DNA of 62,775 nt, the filler included. It is 6 parts of 6 records of this genome, joined end to end, with 100 filler letters (N's around TTAATTAATTAA, not from the genome) between each part and the next. Parts side by side here need not be neighbours in the genome. Positions count along the whole stretch, not along the records: positions 23,909 to 34,109 come from SRR31156797_14769; positions 34,210 to 41,636 come from SRR31156797_14779; 4 more parts are not named here. One strand, written 5' to 3'. Below, piece after piece: positions 30,203 to 40,820 of the stretch. The position numbers were made by a program, and so were the translations under genes. The notes beneath the pieces are model-generated. The model was not told where the DNA came from and made no database searches. It worked only from the letters and a program-made list of their open reading frames with translations. Position 1 is the first letter of the stretch, and each line of letters opens with the position of its first letter.

Positions 30203-30903
30203 CGACGCAAACACATTCCGGTGGCCTCGGCCAGGAATCCCAGCAGTTCGGTGCCCTGGCCGGGATCGAAGGCTTCGCCGCGCGAGCCCAGCGCCAGCAG
30301 GCCGGTTCCCAGGGGGCCACCGTTTATCAGTCGGGCCAGGGCGGCCGAGCGGACAAGCCCGGCGCCGGCGCCGAAAAGATCGCCGTCGTCGCTGACCGAT
30401 TCGATCAGGCGGACCGTCCCGTCCGGTCCGAGCAGCCTGTCGACCACGCCCTTTTCCAGCGCCCGGGCGCCGGGAATGACGGTCGCCGGCGCCGGCCCGC
30501 CGTTCGGTTCGAAACCGATCGTCGCGACATCGAGGCCCAGGATCATCGGCACCTGGTCGGTGACCGCGTGGATGAAATCGTCGAGCCCGTCGGCCGACAT
30601 CAGGGCGAGGACGGCGGCATGGACGCGGCTTTGGCTGGACAGGTTCGAGCGGCTGGTCTCGATCAGGTCGCGGGCGCCGTTTTTCAGGTTCTCGACCTCG
30701 CCGCGCAGGGAATCGAGCATGGTTTTCTGAAGATCGACGATGCCGTCGCCCTTCCAGCGTTCGGGCGGGGTCATGCGCGACAGAAGCTCGCGGCGGCCGA
30801 CGAAAAATTCCGGGTGGCGGCCGAGATAGGCTTCGACCTGGCGTTCCGTCAGGGCGGCCGGTTTTTTCGCTTTCGGCGGGTTCGGGCTTTTCTTTTCGGT
30901 CAT
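30181..30903 (-). CDS. DUF484 family protein (YigA-like)
   Basis: YLGRHPEFF, GIVDLQ, LLALGS, FDPGQGTELLGFL. Confidence 0.9.
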   Translation of the reverse strand: MTEKKSPNPPKAKKPAALTERQVEAYLGRHPEFFVGRRELLSRMTPPERWKGDGIVDLQKTMLDSLRGEVENLKNGARDLIETSRSNLSSQSRVHAAVLALMSADGLDDFIHAVTDQVPMILGLDVATIGFEPNGGPAPATVIPGARALEKGVVDRLLGPDGTVRLIESVSDDGDLFGAGAGLVRSAALARLINGGPLGTGLLALGSRGEAFDPGQGTELLGFLAEATGMCLRRWLATSD

Positions 30904-31577
30904 GGCGTTTTTTCGAGAATGGCCTGGCCGGTGCGTTCGGCGTCGGCGGCGAATCGGCCCAAAGCCTGATCGGTTAGCGCGTGCTCGTACATCTGGCGGA
31001 AGGTCTGCGGTTCGATGGTGACGGCGTCGGCGCCCATCCGGGCGGCCTCGACGACGCGCGAAACCTCGCGCAGGGACGATACCATGAGCCCGGTTTCGAA
31101 CTGCGGATAGTTGGCGTAGATGGCGACGATATCGGCGGCCAGGTCCATGCCTTCCTGGCCGACGTCGTTCATCCGGCCGACAAAAGGCGAAACCCAGCGG
31201 GCGCCGGCCTTGGCGGCGAGCAGGGCCTGGGCGGCCGAGAATATGGTGGTGACATGCACGCCGATGCCTTCCCCCGAAAGCGCCCGGCAGGCGCGAAGAC
31301 CCTCCGGCGTCGGCGGGATCTTGACCAGGACGTTGGCGCCGATGGCGGCCAGTCGGCGCCCCTCGGCGATCATTGTTGCGAAATCGTCGGCCAGGACCTC
31401 GGAACTGACCGTGCCGTGCACGGTTTCGACGATTTTGCTGATTTCGCCGATGGTCTGTGCGACATTTCCGCCGGCCCGGGCGATGATGGTCGGATTGGTC
31501 GTCACCCCGTCCATCAGGCCGGTCGCGGCCAGGTCGCGCAGCACCGCGACATCGGCGGTATCGATGAAGATTTTCAT
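30900..31577 (-). CDS. fsa: Fructose-6-phosphate aldolase / transaldolase (TalC family)
   Basis: MKIFIDTAD, DGVTTNP, LVKIP, AAKAGA, VSPFVGR. Real start is ATG 31577; the 660-aa ORF is an overextension. Confidence 0.9.
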   Translation of the reverse strand: MKIFIDTADVAVLRDLAATGLMDGVTTNPTIIARAGGNVAQTIGEISKIVETVHGTVSSEVLADDFATMIAEGRRLAAIGANVLVKIPPTPEGLRACRALSGEGIGVHVTTIFSAAQALLAAKAGARWVSPFVGRMNDVGQEGMDLAADIVAIYANYPQFETGLMVSSLREVSRVVEAARMGADAVTIEPQTFRQMYEHALTDQALGRFAADAERTGQAILEKTP

Positions 31578-31724
31578 GGAGTCTTGCCTTGTTCCTTTCC
31601 CGGATGCATGCCGAACCGGCGCCTTCGAACCCAGCCTTGCCCGGAGAGTATCCGGCGCCCTTCCATACCGCAACGGTGCTGCCCGATGTTTTCCTCCGAC
31701 GCCCAATATTTTAAAGTGTAGACC

Positions 31725-33941
31725 ATGCCGAATCCGCATGCCAGTTCGCGCCGCAGCCCGTCCGGACACCGCCGTGTCGGCGTGCTGTTGCCGTTGCCGC
31801 TGACCGGTCCCTACGATTACGCCGTGCCCGAGGACATGGATCTGGCGCCGGGCGATTTCGTGTCGGTGCCGCTGGGCGCGCGCGAGCGCATCGGCGTCGT
31901 CTGGGGCGCCGGCGCCGGCGGCGTCGCGGAAACCAAGCTGAAAGAGGTAACGGCGATCATCGATACGATGCCGCTGCCGGACGTGTCGCGGGCCTTCGTC
32001 GATTGGGTAGCGCGCTATACCGTATCGGCGCCGGGCGCCGTGCTGCGCATGGCGATGAGCGTGCCGGGCGCGCTGGAAGCGCCGAAACCGGTGATCGGCT
32101 ATGCCCTGGACGCGCATGCGCCGGAGGTACGATTCACCAAGGCGCGGCGCCGCGTGATCAACCTTCTGGCCGAGGGGCCGCCGATGATCGCGACCGACCT
32201 GGCCCGCGAGGCCGGCGTCGGCGTTTCCGTCGTCAAGGGCCTGGCCGAGGCCGGCGTGCTGAACAAAATCGAGATGGCGCCGGTGCCGCTTCTGGCCGAA
32301 CCGGACTGGCAACTGCCGGGGCCGGATTTGTCGCCGGATCAGCTGACCGCCGCGGCCGAGCTGCGCAGCCGCATCGTCGACGACGGGTTCAGCGTCACCT
32401 TGCTGGACGGCGTGCCCGGTTCCGGCAAGACCGAGGTCTATTTCGAAGCCGTCGCCGAAGCCCTGGCGGCCGGCCATCAGGTGCTGGTGCTGTTGCCGGA
32501 AATCGCCCTGACGGCGCAATGGCTGTCGCGTTTTGCCGAGCGCTTCGGGGCGGCGCCGGCGTGTTGGCATTCGGAACTGACCGGGGCCAAGCGCCGGGCG
32601 ACCTGGCGGGCGGTGATTTCGGGCGAGGCGAAGGTGATCGTCGGGGCGCGCTCGGCACTGTTCCTGCCCTATGCCGATCTCGGCCTGATCGTCATCGACG
32701 AGGAACACGACGCCGCTTTCAAACAGGAGGAAGGGGTCGTTTACAACGCCCGCGACATGGCCGTGGTGCGTGCCCGCCTGGGCGACATTCCGGTGATCCC
32801 GGTATCGGCGACGCCGAGCCTGGAGACCCTGAACAACGTCACCGACGGCCGCTATTCCGGCCTGCACCTGCCGTCCCGCCACGCCGGCGCCAGCCTTCCG
32901 GATATCGAAGTCGTCGACATGCGGGCCGCCGAGCAGCCTTCCGGCCAGTGGATTTCACCGCAATTGCAGCGCGCCCTGGCCGAAACCATCGAGGCCGGCG
33001 GCCAGGCGCTTTTGTTTTTGAACCGCCGCGGATACGCGCCCCTGACCCTGTGCCGGACCTGCGGCCATCGCATGCAATGCCCGCGCTGTACGGCCTGGCT
33101 GGTCGAGCACCGCCATGGCTCCGGGCACGGCGGACGCCTGCAATGCCACCATTGCGGCTTCCACATGGCGGCGCCGAAGGCCTGCCCGGCCTGCGAGGCG
33201 GAAGAAAGTTTCGTTGCCTGCGGTCCCGGCGTCGAGCGCCTGGCCGAGGAGGTCGAGGCCCTGTTTCCGCAAGCCCGCCGGGCGGTTGCCGCCAGCGATA
33301 CCCTGACCGGACCCGGCGCCGCCGAGGAACTGGTGCGCAAGATCGAGGATCACGAGGTCGATATCATCATCGGCACCCAGATCGTAGCCAAGGGCTATCA
33401 CTTTCCGCTGCTGACCCTGGTCGGGGTCATCGATGCCGATATCGGATTGACCGGGGGCGACCTGCGCGCCGCCGAACGCACTTATCAACTGCTTTATCAG
33501 GTTGCCGGGCGGGCCGGACGGGCAAGCGCGCCGGGGCGCGTCGTCGTGCAGACCTTTTCGCCCGATCATCCGGTCATGAAGGCCCTGGTTTCGGGCCGGC
33601 GCGACGATTTCATCGAGGCCGAATCGGAAGCCCGCAAAGCCGCCGGCATGCCGCCGTTCGGCCGTCTGGTGGCGCTGATTCTGAGCGACCGCGACGAATC
33701 CCGGGTCGATACCCTGTCGCGCGATCTGGCCCGCGCCGTTCCGAGGGCGTCCGAGATCCAGGTGCTGGGGCCGGCGCCGGCGCCGCTGTCGCTGCTGCGC
33801 GGCCGCCACCGCCGGCGATTCCTGGTCATGGCCGGGCGCGGCGTCAACGTTCAGGGTTTCGTCCGCCAGTGGCTGGCCGGGGTCAAGGTGTCGGGCGCCA
33901 GCCGGATCACCGTCGACGTCGATCCCTACGGTTTTCTCTAG
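31725..33941 (+). CDS. priA: Primosomal protein N' (replication restart helicase)
   Basis: [41 protein letters not shown] with Cys-rich Zn motifs, [13 protein letters not shown]. Confidence 0.97.
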   Translation: MPNPHASSRRSPSGHRRVGVLLPLPLTGPYDYAVPEDMDLAPGDFVSVPLGARERIGVVWGAGAGGVAETKLKEVTAIIDTMPLPDVSRAFVDWVARYTVSAPGAVLRMAMSVPGALEAPKPVIGYALDAHAPEVRFTKARRRVINLLAEGPPMIATDLAREAGVGVSVVKGLAEAGVLNKIEMAPVPLLAEPDWQLPGPDLSPDQLTAAAELRSRIVDDGFSVTLLDGVPGSGKTEVYFEAVAEALAAGHQVLVLLPEIALTAQWLSRFAERFGAAPACWHSELTGAKRRATWRAVISGEAKVIVGARSALFLPYADLGLIVIDEEHDAAFKQEEGVVYNARDMAVVRARLGDIPVIPVSATPSLETLNNVTDGRYSGLHLPSRHAGASLPDIEVVDMRAAEQPSGQWISPQLQRALAETIEAGGQALLFLNRRGYAPLTLCRTCGHRMQCPRCTAWLVEHRHGSGHGGRLQCHHCGFHMAAPKACPACEAEESFVACGPGVERLAEEVEALFPQARRAVAASDTLTGPGAAEELVRKIEDHEVDIIIGTQIVAKGYHFPLLTLVGVIDADIGLTGGDLRAAERTYQLLYQVAGRAGRASAPGRVVVQTFSPDHPVMKALVSGRRDDFIEAESEARKAAGMPPFGRLVALILSDRDESRVDTLSRDLARAVPRASEIQVLGPAPAPLSLLRGRHRRRFLVMAGRGVNVQGFVRQWLAGVKVSGASRITVDVDPYGFL

Positions 33942-34109
33942 TCCAACTTGGCGCTTTCGGGTGAACAGGCAACCGGCCCGCAAACGTTTTCCGCCGCCGC
34001 CTTGCGCGGCATCTGCGGGTATGCTAGATGAACCGCGGTCGCGGGCCCGATATCAAAGGTTTGCGACACGCCGTGTTGTCTGTATTCTGGGCCGCGCGGC
34101 GAGTGCCGA

Positions 34110-34209
34110 NNNNNNNNNNNNNNNNNNNNNNNNNNNNNNNNNNNNNNNNNNNNTTAATTAATTAANNNNNNNNNNNNNNNNNNNNNNNNNNNNNNNNNNN
34201 NNNNNNNNN
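34110..34209. other. Artificial contig linker
   Basis: N44-TTAATTAATTAA-N44. Confidence 0.99.
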
Positions 34210-34694
34210 TTGGTTTCGGCATTCGTCAAAACACCACCGGCATTACATTCCGAACCTGAAGCAGAGATCGTAGGGATTGCAATAATCGGATATGCGCCTG
34301 TATATTCTCTTGGTACTCTGTCACCCAATACAACATAATCCCAGGATTTTCCACCAGAGAATCCAGTTGCTGCGATATATTTACAACCGTCAATAACGGA
34401 ACCGCCACCAAGGGCGATAACATATTCGCAATTCTCAGCTTTAAAGACATCGATAGCTTTATCTATTGTTTGAGCTCTTGGATTTGGTTCGATACCTGTA
34501 AATGTAACAAACTCAACACCGGCATCTTTTAATGAACCTTCTACTTTATCGATAATAGGATCTAAAAACCCACCTCTTGTATAAGTGGCGATCATCGCTT
34601 TTTTACCATATTTTTTTGCTATTGCACCAACTTCTTTAATTCTACCTTCCCCATAAACCAGTTCCGTGGGAAAATTCCAATTAAAATTATTCAT
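34210..34694 (-). CDS. Iron-containing alcohol dehydrogenase (3' truncated)
   Basis: FPTELVYGEG, GIEPNP, IALGGGSVID, IPTISASGSE; GAGGAG SD. Confidence 0.92.
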
Positions 34695-34811
34695 TTCATT
34701 TCTCCTCATTATTAATGCTATTCATCAGACATCATACAAAATATAGAGATAAAATTACAAGCAATAAATTGTTTTTTTAAGAAATGGTTTATAATAAAAA
34801 GAGCAGGATAT

Positions 34812-34837
34812 AAAAAAGGGCTGAAGATTTTCAGCCC
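34812..34837 (-). terminator. Rho-independent terminator after the D-cysteine desulfhydrase gene
   Basis: GGGCTGAA-N4-TTCAGCCC stem followed by U6 on the minus strand. Confidence 0.8.
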
Positions 34838-34862
34838 CTACTTTATTATAACTTTTTACTTT

Positions 34863-35849
34863 TTACGGTTTACACAGATCTTCAACATAGTCGAAGATCG
34901 CAGCAGTATCACCTGTATGCCAGAAAAGGATGGTCTCGTTCTGCCACTCCCCTTTTTCGATCTTATCGATCAAGGCGCCAATTGCGCGTCCAGTGTAAAC
35001 CGGTCCGACAAAGATCCCTTCGGCCTGAGCCATGGTTTTGATCGCATTCCGTTCATTATTACCGACGACTGCATAACCATCGCCAAGATAGTCATACTCA
35101 AGTTCAAAATCATCGGGAGTCAGCTTAATATCCAATTCAAGCAAATCGGCTGCTTTATTTGCCAGTGCAGCAAGTTCAGGAGGGAAAGCACCTTTACCGG
35201 TTTTGACCCTGTCAATGCTGATACCCGTTATCTTGCCTTTGAAACCGGATAATTTTGCACCCAGAACCATTCCCGCCATCGTACCACCTGAAGAAGATGC
35301 AACAATAATGCGGTCACATTTAATGTTCATCAATTCCATCTGCCTGATCACTTCGGGCATGGCCATGGTGTAACCGACAGTCCCCAAAGCATTTGAACCA
35401 CCAACCGGGATCACATAAGGATGTTTTCCGGCTTTTCTGAATTCTTCAGCAAGTTCATGCATTTTAGGGTCTCTGTCTGGTCGTTTTACGTAATGCACCG
35501 TAGCACCGGAAAGTATATCCAGTAAAAGATTTCCATTAGGAGATTCAGGTTCATCACCGGATAATACCACATGGCAATCAAGATTAAGCTTTTTGGATGC
35601 AGCTACTGTTTGAATACAATGATTTGACTGTAACCCACCGGCCGTTATGACCGTATCGGCTCCCCTCTTCAGGGCTTCAGCCATCAGATATTCAAGTTTT
35701 CGGGATTTATTTCCTCCGGCAGCCAATCCGGTTAGATCATCACGTTTGATATACAGCTTGCCGGTAAAACCCAATTTTTCTGCCAGATTTGGCATGCCAT
35801 GCAAGGGTGTTGGCAATTGTGCCAGCGTTATTTTGGGTAAATACTTCAC
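34863..35849 (-). CDS. D-cysteine desulfhydrase / ACC deaminase family PLP enzyme
   Basis: LPTPL, IKRDDLTG, GGNKSRKLEY, QSNH, IPVGGS, ASSSGGT, PVYTG, FWHTG. Confidence 0.92.
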   Translation of the reverse strand: MKYLPKITLAQLPTPLHGMPNLAEKLGFTGKLYIKRDDLTGLAAGGNKSRKLEYLMAEALKRGADTVITAGGLQSNHCIQTVAASKKLNLDCHVVLSGDEPESPNGNLLLDILSGATVHYVKRPDRDPKMHELAEEFRKAGKHPYVIPVGGSNALGTVGYTMAMPEVIRQMELMNIKCDRIIVASSSGGTMAGMVLGAKLSGFKGKITGISIDRVKTGKGAFPPELAALANKAADLLELDIKLTPDDFELEYDYLGDGYAVVGNNERNAIKTMAQAEGIFVGPVYTGRAIGALIDKIEKGEWQNETILFWHTGDTAAIFDYVEDLCKP

Positions 35850-38800
35850 TTATTCCTCTTCGATCAGGTCGTATTTCATGTCCTTGCCTTTTTCGATAGC
35901 TGAAATACCTTCTTTCATCCATCGCGGCATAGGTTTATCCATCAGATAATGATCAAAGAACTGTTTCATTCTTATGGTCAGATCCATACGATTTCCCCAT
36001 TGAGCCCGACCCATGTTATGATCGGTATCATTATAAACAAGCATCCAGGAGGGTTTCTGCAAACGACGCATAGCACACATCATTTCGATTCCCTGTGTCC
36101 ACGGAACAGCTCCGTCATCATCATTGTGCATCATCATCAGAGGTGTTTCAATTTTGTCGGCAAAAAATACCGGTGAATTTTCAACGTAGAGATCAAATGA
36201 ATCCCACAGTGTTCCACCGATACGGCTTTGACCGTCTTCATATTGCATAGCGCGATTAAGGCCCGAGCCCCAGCGGATACCACCGTAAGCGGACGTCATA
36301 TTCGATACCGGTGCACCCGCCATAGCAGCTGCAAAACGGTTTGTTTGTGTAATGAAATAAGCCGTCTGGTAACCACCCCAACTTTGTCCTTGGATCCCGA
36401 TCTTGTCTTCATTGATAAAATCATATTTTTCCAGGAGCATATCCAGCCCGGTTTCTACACAATCAAGTCCGGAACGTCCGGGATGTCCATCTTTATACAC
36501 GATATCAGGGATGAATAAGATATAACCGTTGCTGGGATACATGGTTTTATTGATGGTTGAATAACTGGGTGTCGGTGAGAAATACTGATAGAGGTAATGC
36601 GAATACTTTTCATAATAATAGATCATCATCGGATGTTTTTTACTCATGTCCAGATCATCAGGTATATAGAGCATACCCTGTAGTTCATCACCATGTGAAT
36701 TTGTCCATTCTACCAATTCTACTGAAGCCCAGCGGAATTCGGATTGCTGAGGATTCAAAGAGGATAGTTTTTCAATTCGTTCAAAATCAAGATCCGAGAT
36801 ATAAACATCCGGATAGTCTCTATAAGACCCTCTGCGCCAAATGGCTACATCCGCACATTTTGCTTTTCTAAGCGGATCGTACTTGTTCTCGGTGAAAAGA
36901 AGTTTTTCCGGGATACCGCCTTCATACATATTCACAGTGGCATAACCGCTTTTTTTATTCTTTTCGTTAAAAACCGATAATCTTATAGGTGCGATCGGAA
37001 TATGATCCAGCTTGGAATCAAGTTTCATGTATCTGTAAATATCCTTGGTCTTTCTTCCATTACCTGCCGTCACATTCAATGGATCTTTCTCACCGCTCAT
37101 GTCGAATTTCCAGATATCATATTTATCATAGATATACGCATAACGATCGCTCAAACCCCATCCGGCAACATCGTAAGAACTCGGTTGCCAGGGATGATCG
37201 TCATCTTCATTATAAAAAACAACGTCTAAACCTTCAGTCAAATTGGTTTTTACACCACTTTCAACATCCATCGCATGCCAATGAAGATCTTTCTGGTCAA
37301 ACCAGATCAGATATTTCTGTTCCGGTGAAAGTTCAACTTCGGTGCTGATCTTTTCAAGTACTTTTTCTTTTTCACCGGTTTTCATATTTACAAGGTAGTA
37401 ATCATAATAATCTACTGATTCCCAGGAAATAAGCTGGCGATAGGGTAAATTGCTGTAACCTACGGTGATCGTTTCATTCATATCGCGGCTAGTTACGACA
37501 GTGGGAACTTCTTCATCAGCCAATTGAACGATCTTCTTACTACCAACTTTTGCCATTGCCACGTAGTTTCGTTTCTTCTCGCGTGCCAATTCATTATTCT
37601 GCTGGGTCTGAAGCAAGGGATCCGTCCATGACCAAAGGTCGAATACGGCCTTTTCATTCTTCAGCAGCGTATCTTCAGGTTCTTCTACCGGAAGCGGAGC
37701 CGTGCCCAAGGAGATATATTTTCCATCTTTAGAAAATCTCGGACCGCGTGCATTGCTTAAACCCCAGCCATCTTTCGTGACCACATCATCGTTCAACCAG
37801 CATTTGGCTTTATTCTTTCCGGCTTTCCAATAGTAAATATCATATCTTTTTTCATCGGTAGTATCATCGGTAAACATAAATACAAGTTGTTCACCTTTTT
37901 CATCAAATGAGAAGGATTTGGCTTTTCCATAGCTCTCAAGAATTGTTTTTACACTGCCTTTGCAAGGATCAATAATGGAAATACGAATTGAATCGGTCTT
38001 TAGTTCGGTGGTAGTAACAATACGTTTGCCGTTTTTACTCATTTTATAGGTCTTAACATAATCCATGACAACTGTATCTTGAGTTATGGGATTCCATACC
38101 CAGAAAGGCGTGCCTTTCTCACGAATTTTCTTTTTCTTTTCTTTTTCTTCTTCCTCTTCGGCAACTTCGATATTTGAAGTATCAATAAGTGCAGTATCTA
38201 CAAGGGCAGAATCAGCCAGTGCAAGAGAATCTGCCAAAGCCAAAGAATCAGCCAGGGCTAAAGAGTCGGCTAATGCAAGGGAATCTACTGCAGTCGTATC
38301 TTCAACTTCCTCTTTTTTCTCGGGCGGAAGCAGTTTTTCGTGTAACAAAGCGATCCAAGGTGAATCCTCATCAGAAACATCAAAGGATTTAATACGCGGG
38401 ATCACAATAAGCGTATCTTCAACAAATAAATAAACACCCAGAGAATCTTTGGGTTTTTTGTCTTTTTTAACTTTGTCCAAGGTAGCCTGTCTATCGGTTT
38501 CAAATCTTGGTACTCTTTTAAAAGCAATAAAATCATTTTTGGGTGATATAGATGCTTTTTCAGCACGTTCAAATTTATGATGAATACCGGTTTCAATCTC
38601 GTGAAGATTCAGGGTGACATCTCCACGGTTCGGCTCAATTGAATAATTTACCCATTTTCCATCTGTTGAGATACGATAAGCACCCAAACGCTCCCATTGA
38701 GCGTAATCATCAGGTGTTAGTGCGCGTTTTTCTTTTTGAACTTCCGCAAGCTCTTCCTTTACGGGTTCGGCGATCGTAACCGGTTCTGTTACGTCCTCTT

Positions 38801-38861
38801 TTTTCCCACAGGAAAACAGAAGCAGCAACAGTAAGCTCAGTGTTGTGAGTCGTTTAAACAT
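35850..38861 (-). CDS. S9 (prolyl oligopeptidase family) lipoprotein peptidase
   Basis: Lipobox LLFSC; beta-propeller repeats; catalytic GQSWGGY, HNDDDGAVP, DHN. Confidence 0.92.
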   Translation of the reverse strand: MFKRLTTLSLLLLLLFSCGKKEDVTEPVTIAEPVKEELAEVQKEKRALTPDDYAQWERLGAYRISTDGKWVNYSIEPNRGDVTLNLHEIETGIHHKFERAEKASISPKNDFIAFKRVPRFETDRQATLDKVKKDKKPKDSLGVYLFVEDTLIVIPRIKSFDVSDEDSPWIALLHEKLLPPEKKEEVEDTTAVDSLALADSLALADSLALADSLALADSALVDTALIDTSNIEVAEEEEEKEKKKKIREKGTPFWVWNPITQDTVVMDYVKTYKMSKNGKRIVTTTELKTDSIRISIIDPCKGSVKTILESYGKAKSFSFDEKGEQLVFMFTDDTTDEKRYDIYYWKAGKNKAKCWLNDDVVTKDGWGLSNARGPRFSKDGKYISLGTAPLPVEEPEDTLLKNEKAVFDLWSWTDPLLQTQQNNELAREKKRNYVAMAKVGSKKIVQLADEEVPTVVTSRDMNETITVGYSNLPYRQLISWESVDYYDYYLVNMKTGEKEKVLEKISTEVELSPEQKYLIWFDQKDLHWHAMDVESGVKTNLTEGLDVVFYNEDDDHPWQPSSYDVAGWGLSDRYAYIYDKYDIWKFDMSGEKDPLNVTAGNGRKTKDIYRYMKLDSKLDHIPIAPIRLSVFNEKNKKSGYATVNMYEGGIPEKLLFTENKYDPLRKAKCADVAIWRRGSYRDYPDVYISDLDFERIEKLSSLNPQQSEFRWASVELVEWTNSHGDELQGMLYIPDDLDMSKKHPMMIYYYEKYSHYLYQYFSPTPSYSTINKTMYPSNGYILFIPDIVYKDGHPGRSGLDCVETGLDMLLEKYDFINEDKIGIQGQSWGGYQTAYFITQTNRFAAAMAGAPVSNMTSAYGGIRWGSGLNRAMQYEDGQSRIGGTLWDSFDLYVENSPVFFADKIETPLMMMHNDDDGAVPWTQGIEMMCAMRRLQKPSWMLVYNDTDHNMGRAQWGNRMDLTIRMKQFFDHYLMDKPMPRWMKEGISAIEKGKDMKYDLIEEE
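38175..38300 (-). repeat. Intragenic tandem repeat (DSLALA x4 plus variants) in the S9 peptidase
   Basis: 18-nt units GATTCCCTTGCATTAGCC / GACTCTTTAGCCCTGGCT / GATTCTTTGGCTTTGGCA / GATTCTCTTGCACTGGCT encode the same peptide with different codons. Confidence 0.9.
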
Positions 38862-38891
38862 GAATATTCCTTTTCTAATTATAAATATTGA

Positions 38892-38927
38892 TGTGGAGAG
38901 ACCCCGAAGCTTCAGGGCGTCTCTACA
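38892..38927 (-). repeat. GTAG-tagged REP-like palindrome
   Basis: Minus strand TGTAGAGACGCCCTGAAGCTTCGGGGTCTCTCCACA, intergenic. Confidence 0.7.
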
Positions 38928-38938
38928 ATTATGAAATT

Positions 38939-40657
38939 TTATTTCTCTTCTTCATCAAAATAATGTTCAAGCAAAAATGGATAATCGTAAAATGTTCCGT
39001 TTTTACAACTCAGAACACCACCGCATTCGCATTCACCGCACATACCTATCCCGCACATATTGTTCGTCTCCAGAGATGCATAACAATATTCGGGTGCACA
39101 ACCTTTTTCTACAGCCAATTCCATGGCTTTTTTCATTAAAATATCAGGACCGATCGTATAAACGGTGCAATTATCGGTTTCAATTTCTTCCAGGCGATCT
39201 GCCATGGCATCCAATACACGTCCGGGTTTGCCATTATCCTCTACAACATTAAGGCTGGCAAATGGCTCGATCATTTCCTGATAACAAACTTCGCCTTTTT
39301 TAGCAATACCGTGAAAAACATTTACTATACGGCCGACCGATGCCAGGCTTTCAGCTAATTTTGGTACTAATGCAAGTCCGGTTCCACCGCTGAGGATGAT
39401 CACATGTGACATCATATTCTCGGGCATGGTCTTGCCATAAGGACCTCTGACATAAAGTTTATCACCGACTTCTTTTTTAAAGAAGCCCTTTGTAAATTTC
39501 CCTCGCTTGCTCTTTGTATCCGTTTCTCTCAAACGAACAATGAACTTCAAGGGAGATGATGAAACGATACCAAATGGTTTTTCACCCACTCCGGGGATCC
39601 AGATAAATGCGTACTGGGAGGCCTTGAATAAAATGGGATCACCTTCCAATTCGACATCCCACATGGTCTCGCTTAATTTATTGATCGTTTTGATCGTGTA
39701 TTCTTTATACTTTGCCAGTCGTTTTACCGATAAATAGCTTGCTGCCGTATCCGTATGGTTTTCCGTATCGAAACGTAAAGCTTCAAAGTATTTGTTGTAT
39801 TGCTCATCTTTAACCCTTGCTACAGCAGAGCCAACACCAATGACATTTGCTCCCGCTTTCATCATGGCACGAACCTGTGATCCACGACTTACACCACCCA
39901 TACCGATGATCGGAACATCAGGACCAACAGCCTCCCTGATCTCTTTGATCTTTTGGACAGCTGTCTCGAAAACATGTTCGCCGCTTTTACCACCCTTATG
40001 GCCATTGGGATTATAAAGAACAAGTTCATCACTCGTTGGGTCTTTGTAGGCATCCGGTCCAACCGTATTGATAGCGACCAAACCGTCCGCTCCTGCTTCA
40101 ACGGCTATTTTTGCGATCTCGCCAATATTCTCTACATTGGGAGTAAGTTTTGGATATAAAGCAACATCCGTAACAGCCCGTACGGCTTCCATATATTCTT
40201 TGACCAGCTCGGGACTGACCCCGATGGAGGATCCGTAACCCGGTTTGGCATGCGGACAGGAAAAGTTCAATTCATACATATCCGCTACATCTTCAAATTT
40301 TTCGGCAAGCTTAACAAAATCTTCCGGAGAATTGCCGGAGATCGATACGTTAAGGATGCTTCTGAGCGGTTTTTCGTCCCGAAGTTTTTTTAATTCTTTA
40401 TATGCCGTTCTCATACCGGGATTTCTTAAACCAACCGCATTGACGTAAGATCCAACTTCAACTTCTGCAACGATAGGTTCACGATTGCCGGGAGTTGCCT
40501 TTACCTGAAAACTTTTTGTTGTGATAATTTCAATATCTTTAACCGTATCATCGATCTTTCGGATCAAATTCGGTTTAGTGCTCCATACTCCCGAAACAGT
40601 GGCAAATTTCAAGCTTCGTTCAAGCAGTATTTCACGTATTTCTTTCGCTGTTTTCAT
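38939..40657 (-). CDS. Fused dihydroorotate dehydrogenase 1B-like catalytic domain plus PyrK-like electron-transfer domain
   Basis: N-terminal NAVGLRNPG, ELNFSCPH, KLTPNV, AINT, GGKSG, IIGMGGV; C-terminal GEKPF, VRGPYG, GGTGLA, and CGIGMCGEC...C [2Fe-2S] motif. Confidence 0.88.
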   Translation of the reverse strand: MKTAKEIREILLERSLKFATVSGVWSTKPNLIRKIDDTVKDIEIITTKSFQVKATPGNREPIVAEVEVGSYVNAVGLRNPGMRTAYKELKKLRDEKPLRSILNVSISGNSPEDFVKLAEKFEDVADMYELNFSCPHAKPGYGSSIGVSPELVKEYMEAVRAVTDVALYPKLTPNVENIGEIAKIAVEAGADGLVAINTVGPDAYKDPTSDELVLYNPNGHKGGKSGEHVFETAVQKIKEIREAVGPDVPIIGMGGVSRGSQVRAMMKAGANVIGVGSAVARVKDEQYNKYFEALRFDTENHTDTAASYLSVKRLAKYKEYTIKTINKLSETMWDVELEGDPILFKASQYAFIWIPGVGEKPFGIVSSSPLKFIVRLRETDTKSKRGKFTKGFFKKEVGDKLYVRGPYGKTMPENMMSHVIILSGGTGLALVPKLAESLASVGRIVNVFHGIAKKGEVCYQEMIEPFASLNVVEDNGKPGRVLDAMADRLEEIETDNCTVYTIGPDILMKKAMELAVEKGCAPEYCYASLETNNMCGIGMCGECECGGVLSCKNGTFYDYPFLLEHYFDEEEK

Positions 40658-40820
40658 TGCTTCCTTAATACTTATTCTTAGCTTTTAAGATAATACAATT
40701 TCAAATGAAATGTTAATTAAAAATAATGATAGATATCCTCAGTTTTTAGTCTAATTTATTGGATTATTATCTATTTGTTTTGTATATTGTTATATTGAAT
40801 AATATTTAACAGGAGTTGAA

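Noticed and set aside
30900..33964. 660-aa fsa 'fusion' and 653-aa alternative-frame ORF over priA
   Set aside because: The fsa extension is antisense to priA and the real start is 31577; the 653-aa ORF is a GC shadow frame.
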